DNA of 64,000 nt, taken from contig VJWM01000187.1 in assembly GCA_010909165.1 (NCBI GenBank), forward strand, positions 310,001 to 374,000, in the 5' to 3' direction. Shown one piece after another: positions 33,180-46,189 of the stretch. Made by a program: the position numbers and the translations under genes. Source of the DNA: Anthoceros angustus. Taxonomy: Eukaryota; Plantae; Anthocerotophyta. Under the pieces are notes generated by a model. The model was given only the letters and a program-made list of their open reading frames with translations, had not been told where the DNA came from and did not search any database. Position 1 is the stretch's first letter, and each line of letters opens with the position of its first letter.

Positions 33180-36100
33180 GGACTCCTTCTTTGGAGTTGG
33201 TCGGGAGGAAGGAGCCGAGGAAGCAGCAGGCTCATCGGGGATGACACGGAGAACATAGAAGAAGTGGAGGAGAAAATCGGGCATGAGAAAGGATTTTTGA
33301 GAAGCTCGGCTATCCGGTGAAGTTGAAGATGAAGACGCTTGACCACAGTGTGCAAGGCGTCAGCAGGAGGGGCGAACATGGCCAAGGAGAAGAAGAAAGA
33401 GAAAGCGGCGAAGGAGAAGCCCGAGAAGGATCAGGCCGAGAAGGAGGGGCCAGGATTTTTGTGTTTCAGCGTGCAAGTCTCCTCCAGAGACTTATGGGAT
33501 TTTCGACAGTGGGCTGCTGACGAAAATGTGCAGCTCCAGTGGGTTTACGATAGGCATTGGGCCTATTCTAATGTGGAATTGGTTGAGTCTTGCTACGAAC
33601 TCGACGGAGAAAGGAGAGGAGACTGGAGAGGAATGCGGACGGTCCAAGGGATGGACCCCAGACATTCGTAAGGTATGGGAGGCCGAGCGAGTGATGGTGT
33701 GGCTCCCACGGAGAGGAATGAAGATGGAAAAAGAGCAGTGGTGGCTGACCTTCCTGAGGAAGCTCTCAGCATGCTCATCGGAGGGGTAGACGCGAAGACG
33801 CGGAATGGCTGGAGGACAGATAAGATTGCTGACCTCAAGTGGAAGCTTTTTACAAGGATAGTTTTGGGGCTGACCTGCTGTCAGCGAACCACCTACTTCA
33901 GCAGTGCATTCTTTCATTTCATGTGGAAGCAAGGAGCTCGACTGGGGACAACCATGTGACCTATGAGCATCACCGAGACAAGTCGAGGCCAAACATTGTG
34001 GATAATGAGGGGCGAGGCACAGCCATTTGAGTACCTTGTGCAATTGTGGGGGCACATGGGTTCTTGTGGAAGAAGAGCTGGAGGAATCTTACCAGCATTT
34101 GAAGTGGTCCCTCGAGGGATGGAGGGTCCCTCTCCTAAGAAGGTGAAGAAGGCGGAGGAGGAACCCAAGGTGGAGCAAGGAGTGCTTCACCTCGGTGGTG
34201 ATTCTTGGATGATGAGACCACCCCTGCCTCGACGCCAAGGAAGAAGTGCACTGTCCGAGGGAGACAAGGCACAAGAGGAAGCGTGCCACCATGTGTCTGA
34301 GGCAACAACCCCATGGAGCAGTGGTGGTGGAACTAACCCACCCGAGATGACCGAGTCACGGAGTTCCACCCAACATCGGCAGTCGAGTGGAGAGCGCCAC
34401 CAAGAGAAAGGGTAGTCGACCCGGAGGGGAATGAGAAGACAAAGGCTTTGAAGGATCTTGTGACCATCTCGGCCTAATTGATACTCCATTAGTGAAGCAA
34501 GCCTTACGGTAGAGGAGTTGGAGGAGTGAGGGCGGCCAAGCGATTGCCCTACGGTCGTGGGGAGAAGGATAGCAAGGCTATCAAGGAGATGGCGCAAAGG
34601 CGCCTAGTTGACGGAGGAAGGTTGGGGCTCGCAAGATTGAAGAACATGAGACAAGAAAGTAGGGAGCGAATGAAGGAAGTGGCTACCCTCAATCGAGATT
34701 GAGGTCCGATGGGAAGGAGTGGCGGCAACTCTCGCCTTCAGGTGAGAAGAAAAATGGGGACGATGAAGGCATCCGGGAGGCGAGGCCAAGCCAAGAATGA
34801 AGAATCGAGGCCAAGCTCAAGGAGCTGGAGGAAGGACATGGAGCAAGGAGCGTGAGGAGCTCCTAAAGCAAGCGGAGGTGACCACGGTGGAAGGAAGAGG
34901 TAGCCCACGGAGGAAAATGATGCATCGCATCGGTCGTCGAAGCAACGCTTCAGCTGATTATGCATGGCGGCAAGGGATCTGAGGCATGGAAGAGAGATGC
35001 GCCGAAAATGTCACTTCTGACCGTTTGAGTGAGGTGACGCAGAGGATGCGTTGCAGTAAGATAGCCTCAAGAGTGGCCGAGGAATTTGATGAGATTTGTT
35101 TGAAGGGCCAGGAGATGCAGGTCCACTTACATGCTAGGGTCAACAAGTTTGCCAAGGAGATGCGTTCCTTGTTGACAAGGAAGTTGTTGGGTCCCCACGA
35201 TGACGACAGGGAGATTTTGGAAGAATTGCGACCCTCAGCTTCGGAGATTCAGGACTTGGAGAGTGAAATGGATGCAGAAGGCTCAGTGTGGGAGGAGCCA
35301 ATGGAAGAGGAGGAGATTTCCAGGCCGGTAGGGTTGGTGGGGGTGTCTGGCGGCAGGCAGCACCAACACCCAACCGCCTGGAGGTGGTAAGCGGCGGTGA
35401 TGGCTGAGAGGCCTGCCTCTACAAGAGCGCCTGCAAGAGGGCGTTCAATCATCAGATCGGCATCGAGACAGTGTGGAGGTTCACATGACGAGTGAAGAGA
35501 TCCGGACACTCCCCAAGCCAAGAGGAGGAAGATGGTGGTTGGGCAGCCATGCCAAGAAGAAGTAGGCGAGATAGTTGGTAGGGGAGTGAATGGGTCATTA
35601 AGACCCCTAGGGGTTAGTGGGATTGTTAGGAGGTAGGTTAAGAACCTTTAAGAGGCCACCTACTTAAAACCGTAAGCAACCCACCTACCCCACCGACTTA
35701 ATTAATGCTAGGGTTTGGGGAGCTCCTATAAGAGGGGAGGAGCTCCCATAATAAAATGTCATGCCTTGCTCTCGACCTGTGCTTGTCTTGCTACACAAGC
35801 GTGCGTCTTGCCGTGTGAGGTGCATGGTGTCCGTAGGGTCTTGAGGTGCGGTGACTGTGGTGAGGCGGGGCCCAAACCTTTCTTTCCGGAGGTAGCGGGT
35901 AGCGTTCGGTGAGGGGCATTGTGGTTGCATGCGGCGACAGGGCTGGTGAGGAAGACCCCTAGCAAAATCCAGACGGGGCGCTGCAGCCAAATGTCGGCCT
36001 AGGTCCGTGAGGGCATGCCCTATGATCCGAGGCGCTGGGAGGCTGTGAGGGCGCCTGTGATAGTTAGCTAGGAAGAGTGGAAGAGGTAGATTAGAGAAGA

Positions 36101-36657
36101 GAGGAGAAGAGAGAGAAAGAGAGAAAGAGAGAAAGAGAAAAGAAGAGAGAGAGCAGAGAGAGGACGAGAGAGGAGCTAGAGAGGATAGGGAGCAAGAGAG
36201 GAGAAGGAAGGAGCAAGAGAGAAAGAGAAAAGACAAAAGAGAGAGAGGAAGAAACCTAGAAAGAGAGGAAGGTGAATTTCAAGGGCGTGATAAGAGCTTG
36301 AGGGGCGGCCCAAATTTGTCATGAGAAGGGTCTTAGGGAGTGTAGGAACTGCTACTGGTGGGAGGATTGCCCATCAGACGGGGGATTTGGGTCGCGCCGC
36401 ATTGGGCGTGCCTCGCGACGAGGGTCCGGCCACGGAGTCATCGGCGAGGGTAGTGTGACTTACCTAGGTGGGTCACCCCAAGGCGCCGTAGGAGGGCACA
36501 CCGGTCACGGAGCGGGTGAGAGTCGAGAGGTCAGGAGGGCACCTCCATCCGGCGGGGCTCTACTCCTTCGTGGGAACGAACCCACTGACGAACCGACAAG
36601 TGATAAGTGTGGCTGCCATGGGCCGAGGGTTCCGGGGTCCCGGAACCTCCCACCACA
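33180..36657 (+). mobile_element. 3' part (cargo ORF plus 3' LTR) of a Ty3 element of the same family as element C
   Basis: Reverse-complement homology to 51690-47439. The LTR ends in GGAACCTCCCACCACA at 36657, the same end that precedes the PBS at 59885. A GA-rich tract lies at 36070-36270. Confidence 0.75.
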
Positions 36658-37720
36658 TGGCTGATGACCAACACTAAGTTGAGTGGGAAGCTTGCAAGGT
36701 GGGCCATGATCTTAAGGACTATGAATTTCAAGTGGTGCATGACCACCGGAGTCACACACCAAAACGCTACACTCTCTCCTGAATCCAACATTGCTGGCGA
36801 AGATGTTGAAGCCAGGCTTTATAGGGACCAAGATGATGGAGATCCGCAGCATGTCGGTGCGGTTTGGTGGCTTTGACAGTCACGGGTGACCGTCCCTGTG
36901 GATGGCACCTTAGCATTAAACACATATCTTGTGTCGGGGAGGTCCAAGGACATATGGGAAGACTCGAAACTCTCCTATTTGTCCAAGCAGAGGCTTTGAT
37001 CAGCCATGACACGCCGAGCAAGAAAGAATTCGCCAAGGCCCCAAATATCAATGGCGTGATGGGCATTTCTTGAGGAGGTCGACCAATGGGTCTAGATAGG
37101 AGCAGCCATTCATCGAGTGCAGTGACATTACGGGCCATTTTGGAGTCAAGCGTGCCACAGCTTTGCTCCTCCCACATTTCCATGGCAAGGGATGTACGCC
37201 CAAGTCAACAAGCAGGGTGGCGTTGCAAGGATCATGACAGGTGAAGACCTCCTTCACCATCCGTAACCCTCGTGCTGATGGCCCGGCCGAACGGATGGCA
37301 GACCATCAAGAAGGGTCTAAGGAAGCTCGCCTTTCAAATGCCAAAGGCAGTGGGACTTGGCTCCCTACATCGCCATGGGCTACCGTATGAGTCGGCATGC
37401 CTCCTTGGCACATTCTCAGTCCCTTTCTTGCTGCTTGGGAGGAACCGCCATGCTTAGCTCCATTGCCAAGCAACTCTGTAAGGTAGTGGATCCGGATGAT
37501 CCGAATGGCACAATCAATTTGAACAGGCCATTGCAAGTAAGCCATGCCGATGGCTATAATTTGGAGGATTGGCCCAACATCGTGACACCCTTAGATATGC
37601 CCACACTCAGCTGCTGTACCTGCACCCAAGCTCAAGAAATTCCTGACTTTGTTTACCAAAGGCACTTGAGACACCTAATTTGTCGCCCCTGACGAGGCCC
37701 TTGCAATTGTAATTACTGCA
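36658..37720 (+). mobile_element. Fragment of a second Ty3/gypsy lineage: RNase H C-terminus plus degenerate integrase
   Basis: WLMTNTKLSGKLARWAMIL..GVTHQNA, then TIKKGLRK..LPYIAMGYRMSRHASLAH and IAQH.DTLRYA-like sequence. Confidence 0.8.
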
Positions 37721-38749
37721 GCTGTGCCACCGGTGCTGATTGTATAAGAAAGTCGAGATGAGAGTGCAAAAGGTAGACAAATAGGCTCACCGCTAGGGCT
37801 TCTACACCAGGCTCAAGTAGTTGCACCCCAGTTCTTCCACTCAAAGGTCCGGGAAATGGAGGACGCCATCACGCCCACCGGTATGCGAATCTCCGGCATG
37901 GCGGCGCTGACGCACATTCTCGCAAGTGCCTGAGATTTGCTCTCCGTGCCCTATCCATCCAAAGGAGGCTATACGCAGATGACCGCGAGGTGCAGCTCGG
38001 GACCCTGGCAGAGATGCCCGAACGCTAATCGAGAGGTGCCTGGTGCGGGAGGTTGTTATCTCAAGCGCAACATCTTCCCAAGCAGCCCTACTCCCACCTG
38101 CTACAACTATGCTAAGACGGACAGTAGAACCCGATGTATGGACCCACATGGTAATTCCCCAGAACTATGAGCCCAGAGACAAGTCTGCCTCTAGGTCACC
38201 GACAAGATGATAGGGTGGAGGACAGACGAGACTCAAGCTAACGATCCTCGAACACTCAAGTTTATATCTCATTCTATCTCAAAGGTGACCATGTTCGTGC
38301 AAAACCGGTGGAGATGGGGAGGACTTAGATGGAAATTTTGTGTCCTATTATGGTAAGGTTTCTCAAGATGTCTAATTTGTGTGCCCACTTTTGTTGTGGT
38401 TTCAACCTGCCCGATACACCGTGTCCAAGATCACGAGAGAGGATGGCCGAGGAGTGTGCATGGTCGGATGGATAGAACGAAGACATATCAAGACACAAGC
38501 TCGACTTTGACCCTAATTCCATTGGGCTCCAGAACGAACAAGAGAGGAAAGTCAAGGGCTCATCTCTACCTCCAAGGTTTTGAGGAAGGGATGGTCACAT
38601 AAGTAGAAGCTAGTATTATGGTGAACTAACTGCTACCCATGCCTCCCGACAAACTCTTACTTTTGTGGGACACGCTTTGATGTGAAGTGGTTCTAAGACA
38701 CCCAAGGCCTCTTTGAATTGATAATGCTTCCTAGGTAAGGATTTGGTAA

Positions 38750-41700
38750 CAGATTTGAACTGCACACATATTCCGCTTTAACTGTTTGGTCTCATGATGC
38801 CGTATAGTGATGATGAACTTCCACATGCTTGGTTCTAGCATGAATCATCGGATTTTGTGCCAATGCTAGTGCATCGATTGTCACAATATATCACGGTTGG
38901 TTCTTTCTGTGGTTGTCCAAGATCGCCCAACCTTCGCATATTGCTTCCTAGATGCTCGTGGGAATACCGCCTCCGTCGATGAAAGAGACACGGATGTTTG
39001 CTTCTTTGAAGACCATGTTACGCTCCACCAAGTAAGAAGGCATAGTGAAACAGACCTTCTCGTGTCGAGATCTCGCCCCGATCGCAAGCCCAACAAGTGT
39101 GAGTTCCTCACCTTCATATCTCGCTTGGTATAATGTATACCATGATCGCTGTCCTTTAAGATATCGCAATATACGCCGCATGACGTGTGTCTTTCCGGAT
39201 TTTTGAGATGCTTGAAACCATACTCACCGGAAGAGCTACATCTAATCGTTATTGGAGCAATAAATTAAAGAACCAACTGCATAGGGATCGCCTCCATCTC
39301 CGCTTTGTCAAGATTGCCACGGAGATCGAGGCCGTCAACTTGCTTCCGCCTCAAGAGGTTATGTCTTTGCCTCAAGCTTATATTTATAAAGCATGTCCAA
39401 GATATATTTACGATGAATCACTAGTGTACCGCTATGTGGTCTCAGACCGTGCCAAGGCAGTAGGATAACTCCCCAACATCTACCATCTCAAAACGACTAG
39501 ACAGCAAGCCCTTTACTTTGGTAATTCCCTCCAGGTCTGTCCCTAAAAGTATACAATCATCTACATACAGGGCTAATATAACAAAACCTGTTTGCTCTTG
39601 CATAAGGTAGACATTTGTATCAGCAGTGCTTTTAAGAAAACCTAGACCTAAGAGAAATTCATCTATGCACTCATACCATGCACGAGGACTCTGTTTTAAA
39701 CCGTAGATTGTCTTTAGCAGCTGATTGACCCAATCCTCCTTTCCTTCAACCTCGAACCCCTCAGGTTGCTGCATGAATATATCTTCCTCTAACTTCCCAT
39801 GTAAAAAGGCGGTCTTGACATCCATCTGATGGATGAAAAGGCCAAAGAATGCAGACATGGAGAAGAGAACCCTTAGGGTCAGATTGAGACTTGACGACAG
39901 GGCTAAAAGTGTCATGGTAGTCTAAACCAGGGACCTGTGAGAAACCACGAGCGACTAACCTAGCCTTATACCTGGAGATAGAGCCATCTGCCTTATATTT
40001 CAGCTTGAACACCCACTTCGAGGTGACAATTTTCCTCCCCTGAGGCGGAGGAACTATCTTCCAGGTGTTATTGTGTATCAACGAATCATACTCGGAGTTG
40101 ATTGCAGCTTGCCAAAGCTTGGCCTCTGGCCCACTAAGCCTTCCTTGTAGCTTTGGGGTTCATGACAGTTCAAAGGCCAAGGTAACCATGTCGACCACCA
40201 CTTCATCCGTGAACCATGGGGTCCGGGTACTTCCTGAAGTCTTCACTGCGGTAAGGAGGTTCCGTCCGCTCACGTGATCGATGCACTCGAGCGACCGCTA
40301 AGTGGTGGAGGCTGCATGACGTACTCAACAGGATCATCGTCAAACCAATCAGGGTTTTGGATATGACCAGGTGAATCGAGCTCATCACCGGACTGAGCAT
40401 GTTCAGCGTGTCCAAGAGGCAGATTGTTATCATCATCATCAGACTGATCAGGAGGATCACCAGGATAAACAGGTGCCAGCTATGGATGTATAGGGTTTAG
40501 GTTATCAGGTGGGACTGGAGGGACAACATACTCTATATATGAAGGATCAGTCTCTGGAAACGTGACATAGGCAGGGTCACTAACCTCATATGCATCTGTC
40601 TCTACAGGCTGAACATCAACCTTTACGACATCAAGATCTGTGAAGTCATCGGGAGAGTGAGCTGGTGGATTAAGTACAGACCTCTCATCAAAGGCAACTG
40701 TCCTGGCATGTGACACTCTACGAATGGTTGGATCAAACAACTTGTAGCCATGGATACCTGCTGTATAGCCTATAAAGATGTGACGCTTAGACTTATGGGC
40801 AAATTTGTGACGAAGTTTATTAGGAATGTGTGCATATGCTATGTTACCAAAAACTCGAAGGTGTGACAGATCAGGTTTGACTCCCGTCCAAGCTTCGAAA
40901 GGTGTACAACCACGAAGAGAGGAAACAGCAGAACGATTCTGCAGGTACGTAAAGTCGCGGCCTCGTCTGGGGCCTCGATGCGCTCGTTTGATTTTTTTCC
41001 GGGGGGAACGGGGTGGAATTCTAGAGAGAGAATTGATCTATTGGTCATTTTTTTTACTGAATACAGTAAAATTCATTACAAGAGAGTAGAAAACAATGCC
41101 ATGGAGGGTGAAAATAATCCACCATCTATGTTGAAACCATAGCGAGGTAGAAAAGCGTGAACAACGGTACATCTAGATAGAAATCCCACCAAAATCAAGT
41201 AACCGCAAGAAAATTGATTGCCAAACTTAAACTTATCACAGAAACATTATCCGAAGACGACTTCAAAGACTGACTGCAAAGACTAAACCCGACCTCGACT
41301 CCGCACTAAACCATGAATATAAGAAGGAGACTCAAAGTATGCAAAAATGAACTTTGTGAAAATGAGATAGATGTACAAAAATAAAAAGGTAAAGTGTAAG
41401 AATAACTTGTCCAACAATGTGCCAAGTGGATTAGAGAAGAAAACAACCTTGCAAGTAAATCATCTTTACGACTCTTGAGAAAAAACTTATAGTGTAACTC
41501 AATGAGGACCACGCAATAGAAGTTAAGAGGAGTGCCACTCAAACGTAGGGGGATAAACATAAACTACATGGTAGAACCAAGGATGGCGTAGTGTCGTAAC
41601 AAGACAATAACTTACTCAGTAGTAGTGTTAAGAGGCCACAAACACCAAAAACATCTAAACCAAGACATATGGGCACAATAGGTGGTCAAGAAAGATGTTT

Positions 41701-44700
41701 TTCTAAACGACCTAGTTTAATTGAAATGACAAACGTAACTAAACTTATCTACATGAACACAAATACGTTCCATGCACTGCCTTACTGCTCTAAGGGTTGA
41801 CATGCACTAGTGTTTAAAAACAAATGCAAGAATACGAAAAATGAACAGACAAGATATACAAAAACAAATGTAAAGAAATAGAAAACGGACTAAACAACAA
41901 ATAAAGAAACATCTAATAGCACCACTCCACCACAAACACGACAAGCTAAACTAAAGGATGACAAACATCAGCACAGAGACAGTTAGAGTAGGAGGGCAAG
42001 GAAACAAAAATACTACATCCAAAGAACTAAGAAAGACATACACCTTTATGCTCTTGTCAACAACTTGAAGAACACCACACCGACTACCACGCAGCAGATG
42101 TTAAACCCCAACGTTCGAACGTGACATAAATGAAAACCCGAACAACCATCGGGCGAAAGTGTATCAAGTGTCGACGCAGCGAAAGTGTATCGAATTGTCG
42201 GGCAGTAGCGAAATATGAGAAGCAAACAGACGTTGAAATAGCAAGAAAAAGCAACCAAAGCAATACCAACCATGAACCGCAATAAACGTACACAAGGAAG
42301 CCACAAAGCACATGCCTCACACAGCGAGCGAAAAGAACGGGGCGGGCACCGGCTGGAAACCCCACATCACAAAGACGCATCTTCAAGAAGAGGGTTTTAT
42401 AGCCTCGTAAACCTAATTTCTCCCTCTGTTGCCGCTTAAAGACCTCTCTCTACGAGACATTTGAATTTTCCAAACCTAGAGTCCGCTAATTTCCAACCTA
42501 CCTAGCATCATTGGTTTTCACGCCGCCGCCTTTGTTCGCCAAACCTAGTTATAATTCACCCAACCTAAAATCGAACCGGGACATGGAGCGTAGGTCTAGC
42601 CTCACGGCGAATCGAGACACGAATGTTAATCTAGAAGCGGACTCGGAATCGCCCTCGCGCCATACCGTCCGGGGCGGAAGCCGGCCTGGCCGTGCGGCCG
42701 ATGGGCAATGGGGGGGCTAGCCGGGGCTAGGCTTGTGTGGCCACGCTTCTTCACTTCTTCGAGGAGGAAGCCGGATGCGCGCAAGGACCGATCACCTTCA
42801 ACAAGGTAGTCTCGCCGAAGTGTTGGCCTCAGCAGGCCCAATGCCCGAAGGCGAGCTACTCGGCCATGGCGGGCGGGCGGTGTTCAAGGCGGTCCTGCAC
42901 CGGCGACCTCCGATGGCCATCAAGCCGGTGGCGGTGCGTGGCGGTCCGCCCGCGGACTACGGCCGGGTCCCAATGTGGTCGCTCGCGTCGCGCCGCGCAG
43001 GGCCGGCGGAGGCAAATCCACCGAGTCGACTCCTCTGCGATCCGACCGAACACGTAAGGTTCGGCGTATGTCGCGCAGAGGACCATCCATTGGAGTCGAG
43101 TTCATGGAGAATGGGAGCCTGCATTGCGAGCAAGGCGGCGGGGGAGCTGATGGATGGGGCTTTCCTAGTCTTGCGTTTTGGAGGTCGCCCACAAAGCTTT
43201 TGGCGAGCGTAAGCTCTGTTCTTCTTGTATGTTGTGAACCCTCGATAATATATTGTTGTTTGGAAGCCGAAAACCACGAGGCGCGGGAAGCCGAGAGTCT
43301 TGAGCTAAGGATATGTGAGCCGCGAGCCGAGGCTGCCAAGAGCCACGAGCCGGGCGGCCGCTGAAGGTCGACCGGAAACGGAGAGGCGAGCCAAAGACGC
43401 GAGCGGCGAGAGCCGCGGGAGAGGCGATCCAGAGCCTACCCGGGGTTGGGAGCCGGTAGACGGGAACCGCGATCCGGGAGTGGAGACCCGCTAGTTGAGC
43501 CGAGCTGCGACACAGGTGCCGTGAGTTTTTTCTAGTTGTAGGTTGTCTTTTCACCGGCTTTGCGATTGCGGTTGTTGGCGGATGCCGACAAGGCGATCAC
43601 CGATTAGTGTTGATGCATATGTCAAATGCAAATCGCCATGTACCTCTAAACTCAATAACTATGTTTTTGACATTATTGGGGTAATTGGCGAGCTTGGAAA
43701 CAAGACACTTTCAAAAGTGTGCGCACAAAAGTGATCGGATGAGCTCAACAAGCATCACTTTGTCACACCACTTGTCACAACCTATCGATGTCCTTTTCCA
43801 ATGAGCTTGAACCGGGCATCTAAACCATAGACCAGCGGTCGCGGAGAAAGCAACGAAAAGGTTGTAAAGTCATTGAACCATGAAATCGGTACAATGTTGT
43901 TCCTCGCCATGGGTTGACCCTATGCTCGATGCCTGTGTTTGTGAGTTTGCGACTTACGTCCATATTTTCTTTAGCTAGGAGTCGGGAGGCGGGGAGCGGA
44001 GACAATAATTAGGAGGCTGTCTTTAGAGTCTTTATGCACGATACTTTCACAAAGTTTTTGTCAAGGTTGGCAACCTCGGCTCGACAAGGCTGATCACGAT
44101 CGACCTATATACCGCCCCTACTAATAAGCCTGTCATTCGTGTTCTGCGTGAAATTTTTTATGCTCGATCACGGGTTATTGATCAACACGATTCTTTCGAC
44201 ACCAATCATGTTGCGGATTATGCTTGGAAACAATAAACGGTCACCACGGCACGAGCACGAGCTTAAGGCCATACAATTAAGGTTTGTATCCTGCATCTAC
44301 TGAGTGCAAAAAAAATTTAGAAAAGCTCTTAAATTACCATAATCCCGTCACGCAGTGTCGCCTGCCATCCCAGGAATAGCGTAAGAAGTATGTGGCTTTG
44401 GATGCCGTGTCTCGATACAGTAATCTCCGTGATAGATCTCTTGACTAAGAAGGTAAAAGTCCGGAAGTAAAAAGACCGGACATATTTTCTATCCTAGCAA
44501 GAGAAAAAAGAACTATAAGCTGGGTGCACTGAGCAACAACTCTTTATCGATTAACTGAGACTGCCGCCCCGCCTCGATGCAAATTGAGGAGCGCCCTGCC
44601 CCGACTCGGCCGCTCCCTTACGCCCGAGGAACCGCGCACTTCCGGGCGCACGGCCTAGAACGGTCTCGGCCTTACGGCCTCGACCGTTCTCGGCCATGAC

Positions 44701-46150
44701 GCCCCTCCGTGCGTCCGTTCCCTAATACGTAGCCACTTGCACTGCTTCAGCCCAAAACCTGACTGATAGCCTCCTCCCCTGATAGAGAAGAGCTCTAGCA
44801 GCATCCTAAATGGTTCTGTGTCTTCTCTCGGCTCGGCCATTCATGTCTGAGTGATATGGAATTGTGAGTTGTCGAGTAATCCCCCTCTCCTGGCAATACT
44901 CCTGAAAAGCTGTGGATAAATACTCCTTTCCATTATCAGAATGGATACACTTCAATTTATAACCTGTTTGTCTCTCTGCATATGCGAGGTACCGCTTGAA
45001 GCTGTGGAACACATCACTCTTGTGGCGAAGGAGCTCTGTCACAGTAAAATGTGACTTGTCATCTTCAAACACGACGAAATATCTTGCACCTCCCCAAGAG
45101 TTCACATGAGTCCACATATGTCGGTATGAACGAGTCAAGTATCTCAGCCTTTCTTGGTTTCCACACTACCAAAATGGGATTGTTTCACATGCACAGGTGC
45201 CACGGCGATCAATGTCGTAGTTCCTTCTCACTAAAACCGATTTACCATCCTCTCTCGAAGAAGTCTCCTCATCGCTTGGATATTGGGATGTCCCCGAGCA
45301 GTGCCATTAAATGCATTACTTGCAATGGTACCGACATCGATATTAGCTACGTGTGGGACGTCTGAGGCAAAATCCAGCAAATAAAGGTCGAATAGAGGGG
45401 TTCCTCGAGCAATCACCACTGAAGGTACTGGTAGTCTAGAAATATGGCATTCGATACCTTCGAATGTGATTCGCATCTTGGCTTTGTCTTCCCAAGTGCC
45501 ATAGTCCTAACCAAGTTCTTTGCAAGTGCTGGAACATGTAAAGCTCTCTCCAAAAGTAGGTAACTTCCGTCCTTTAAAAGTATTTGAATGTCTCCCGATC
45601 CTTTGATTGGGATTATTGAGTTATCTCCTAACACCACCAGTCACAGCATGTGGGAGATGGCTCATATGTGATAAAGACTTCCTCTTTGAACACATGTGAT
45701 TGGAGGCTCCAACATCCGAGAACCATTTACATCACCTTTGAGATAGGATAGATATAAACTTCTGTGTATTCCAGATCAAGGTACCGTCTTCATTACTACC
45801 CTTGTCATCTTGCATGGGTGACCTAGAAGTACCAGTCTCCGGGCTCATAGCTCAGAATTACCACTGTCCACTCCTTTTCCGCTGGGCCTGTCTCAGCTTT
45901 AGCATAGTTGTAGCAAGATGGGGAGCAGGTCGCAGAAGATGTTGCGGCCTGGCTTGAGATAAGCAACCTCCGCATCAGCCTTTGCCTCTCTCGACCTGCT
46001 TCCGCAGGCATCTTCGCCCGGTGTCGGTGCACCTCTCCGCTACCATCTTGCGATAGCCTCCTTTGGATGGATAGGGCATGAGGAGCAAATGCGGGGCACT
46101 GTAATGTGCGTCGAGCACCGCCATGCCGGAGATGCAACTTGGGCGGCTAA
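38750..46150 (-). mobile_element. Ty1/copia retrotransposon internal region (gag end, protease, integrase, RT, RNase H), degenerate, split by a 3.8-kb insertion
   Basis: Domains appear in copia order PR-INT-RT-RH: GASNHM-like protease (~45700); integrase GARYFVVFEDDKSHFT..CIHSDNGKEY (45138-44806), continuing as TPFEAWTGVKPDLSHLRVFG (~40900); [33 protein letters not shown] and LYVDD (40081-39442); and RRILRYLKG (~39180). Confidence 0.92.
40952..44725. mobile_element. Unclassified 3.77-kb non-coding insertion flanked by a TACGTA direct repeat
   Basis: The copia integrase (..QVATY|LQNRS..) rejoins in frame when the insert and one TACGTA (40946-40951 or 44726-44731) are removed. There are no TIRs or TG..CA ends. 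A hairpin lies at 44657-44690. Confidence 0.8.
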
Positions 46151-46189
46151 GTAGCGCCCCTCCATTCAGCTTTTAGTGGAAGAACTGAG

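Noticed and set aside
42600-43550. Overlapping GC-rich ORFs inside the 3.8-kb insertion as a transposase
   Set aside because: They are R/P/A/G-rich in all frames, and no HUH, YR or DDE motif is recognisable.
40952-44725. Canonical Helitron identity for the 3.8-kb insertion (ends in CTAA, with a subterminal hairpin)
   Set aside because: There is no 5' TC and no A|T insertion site, and a direct repeat flanks the insert, which canonical Helitrons do not produce.
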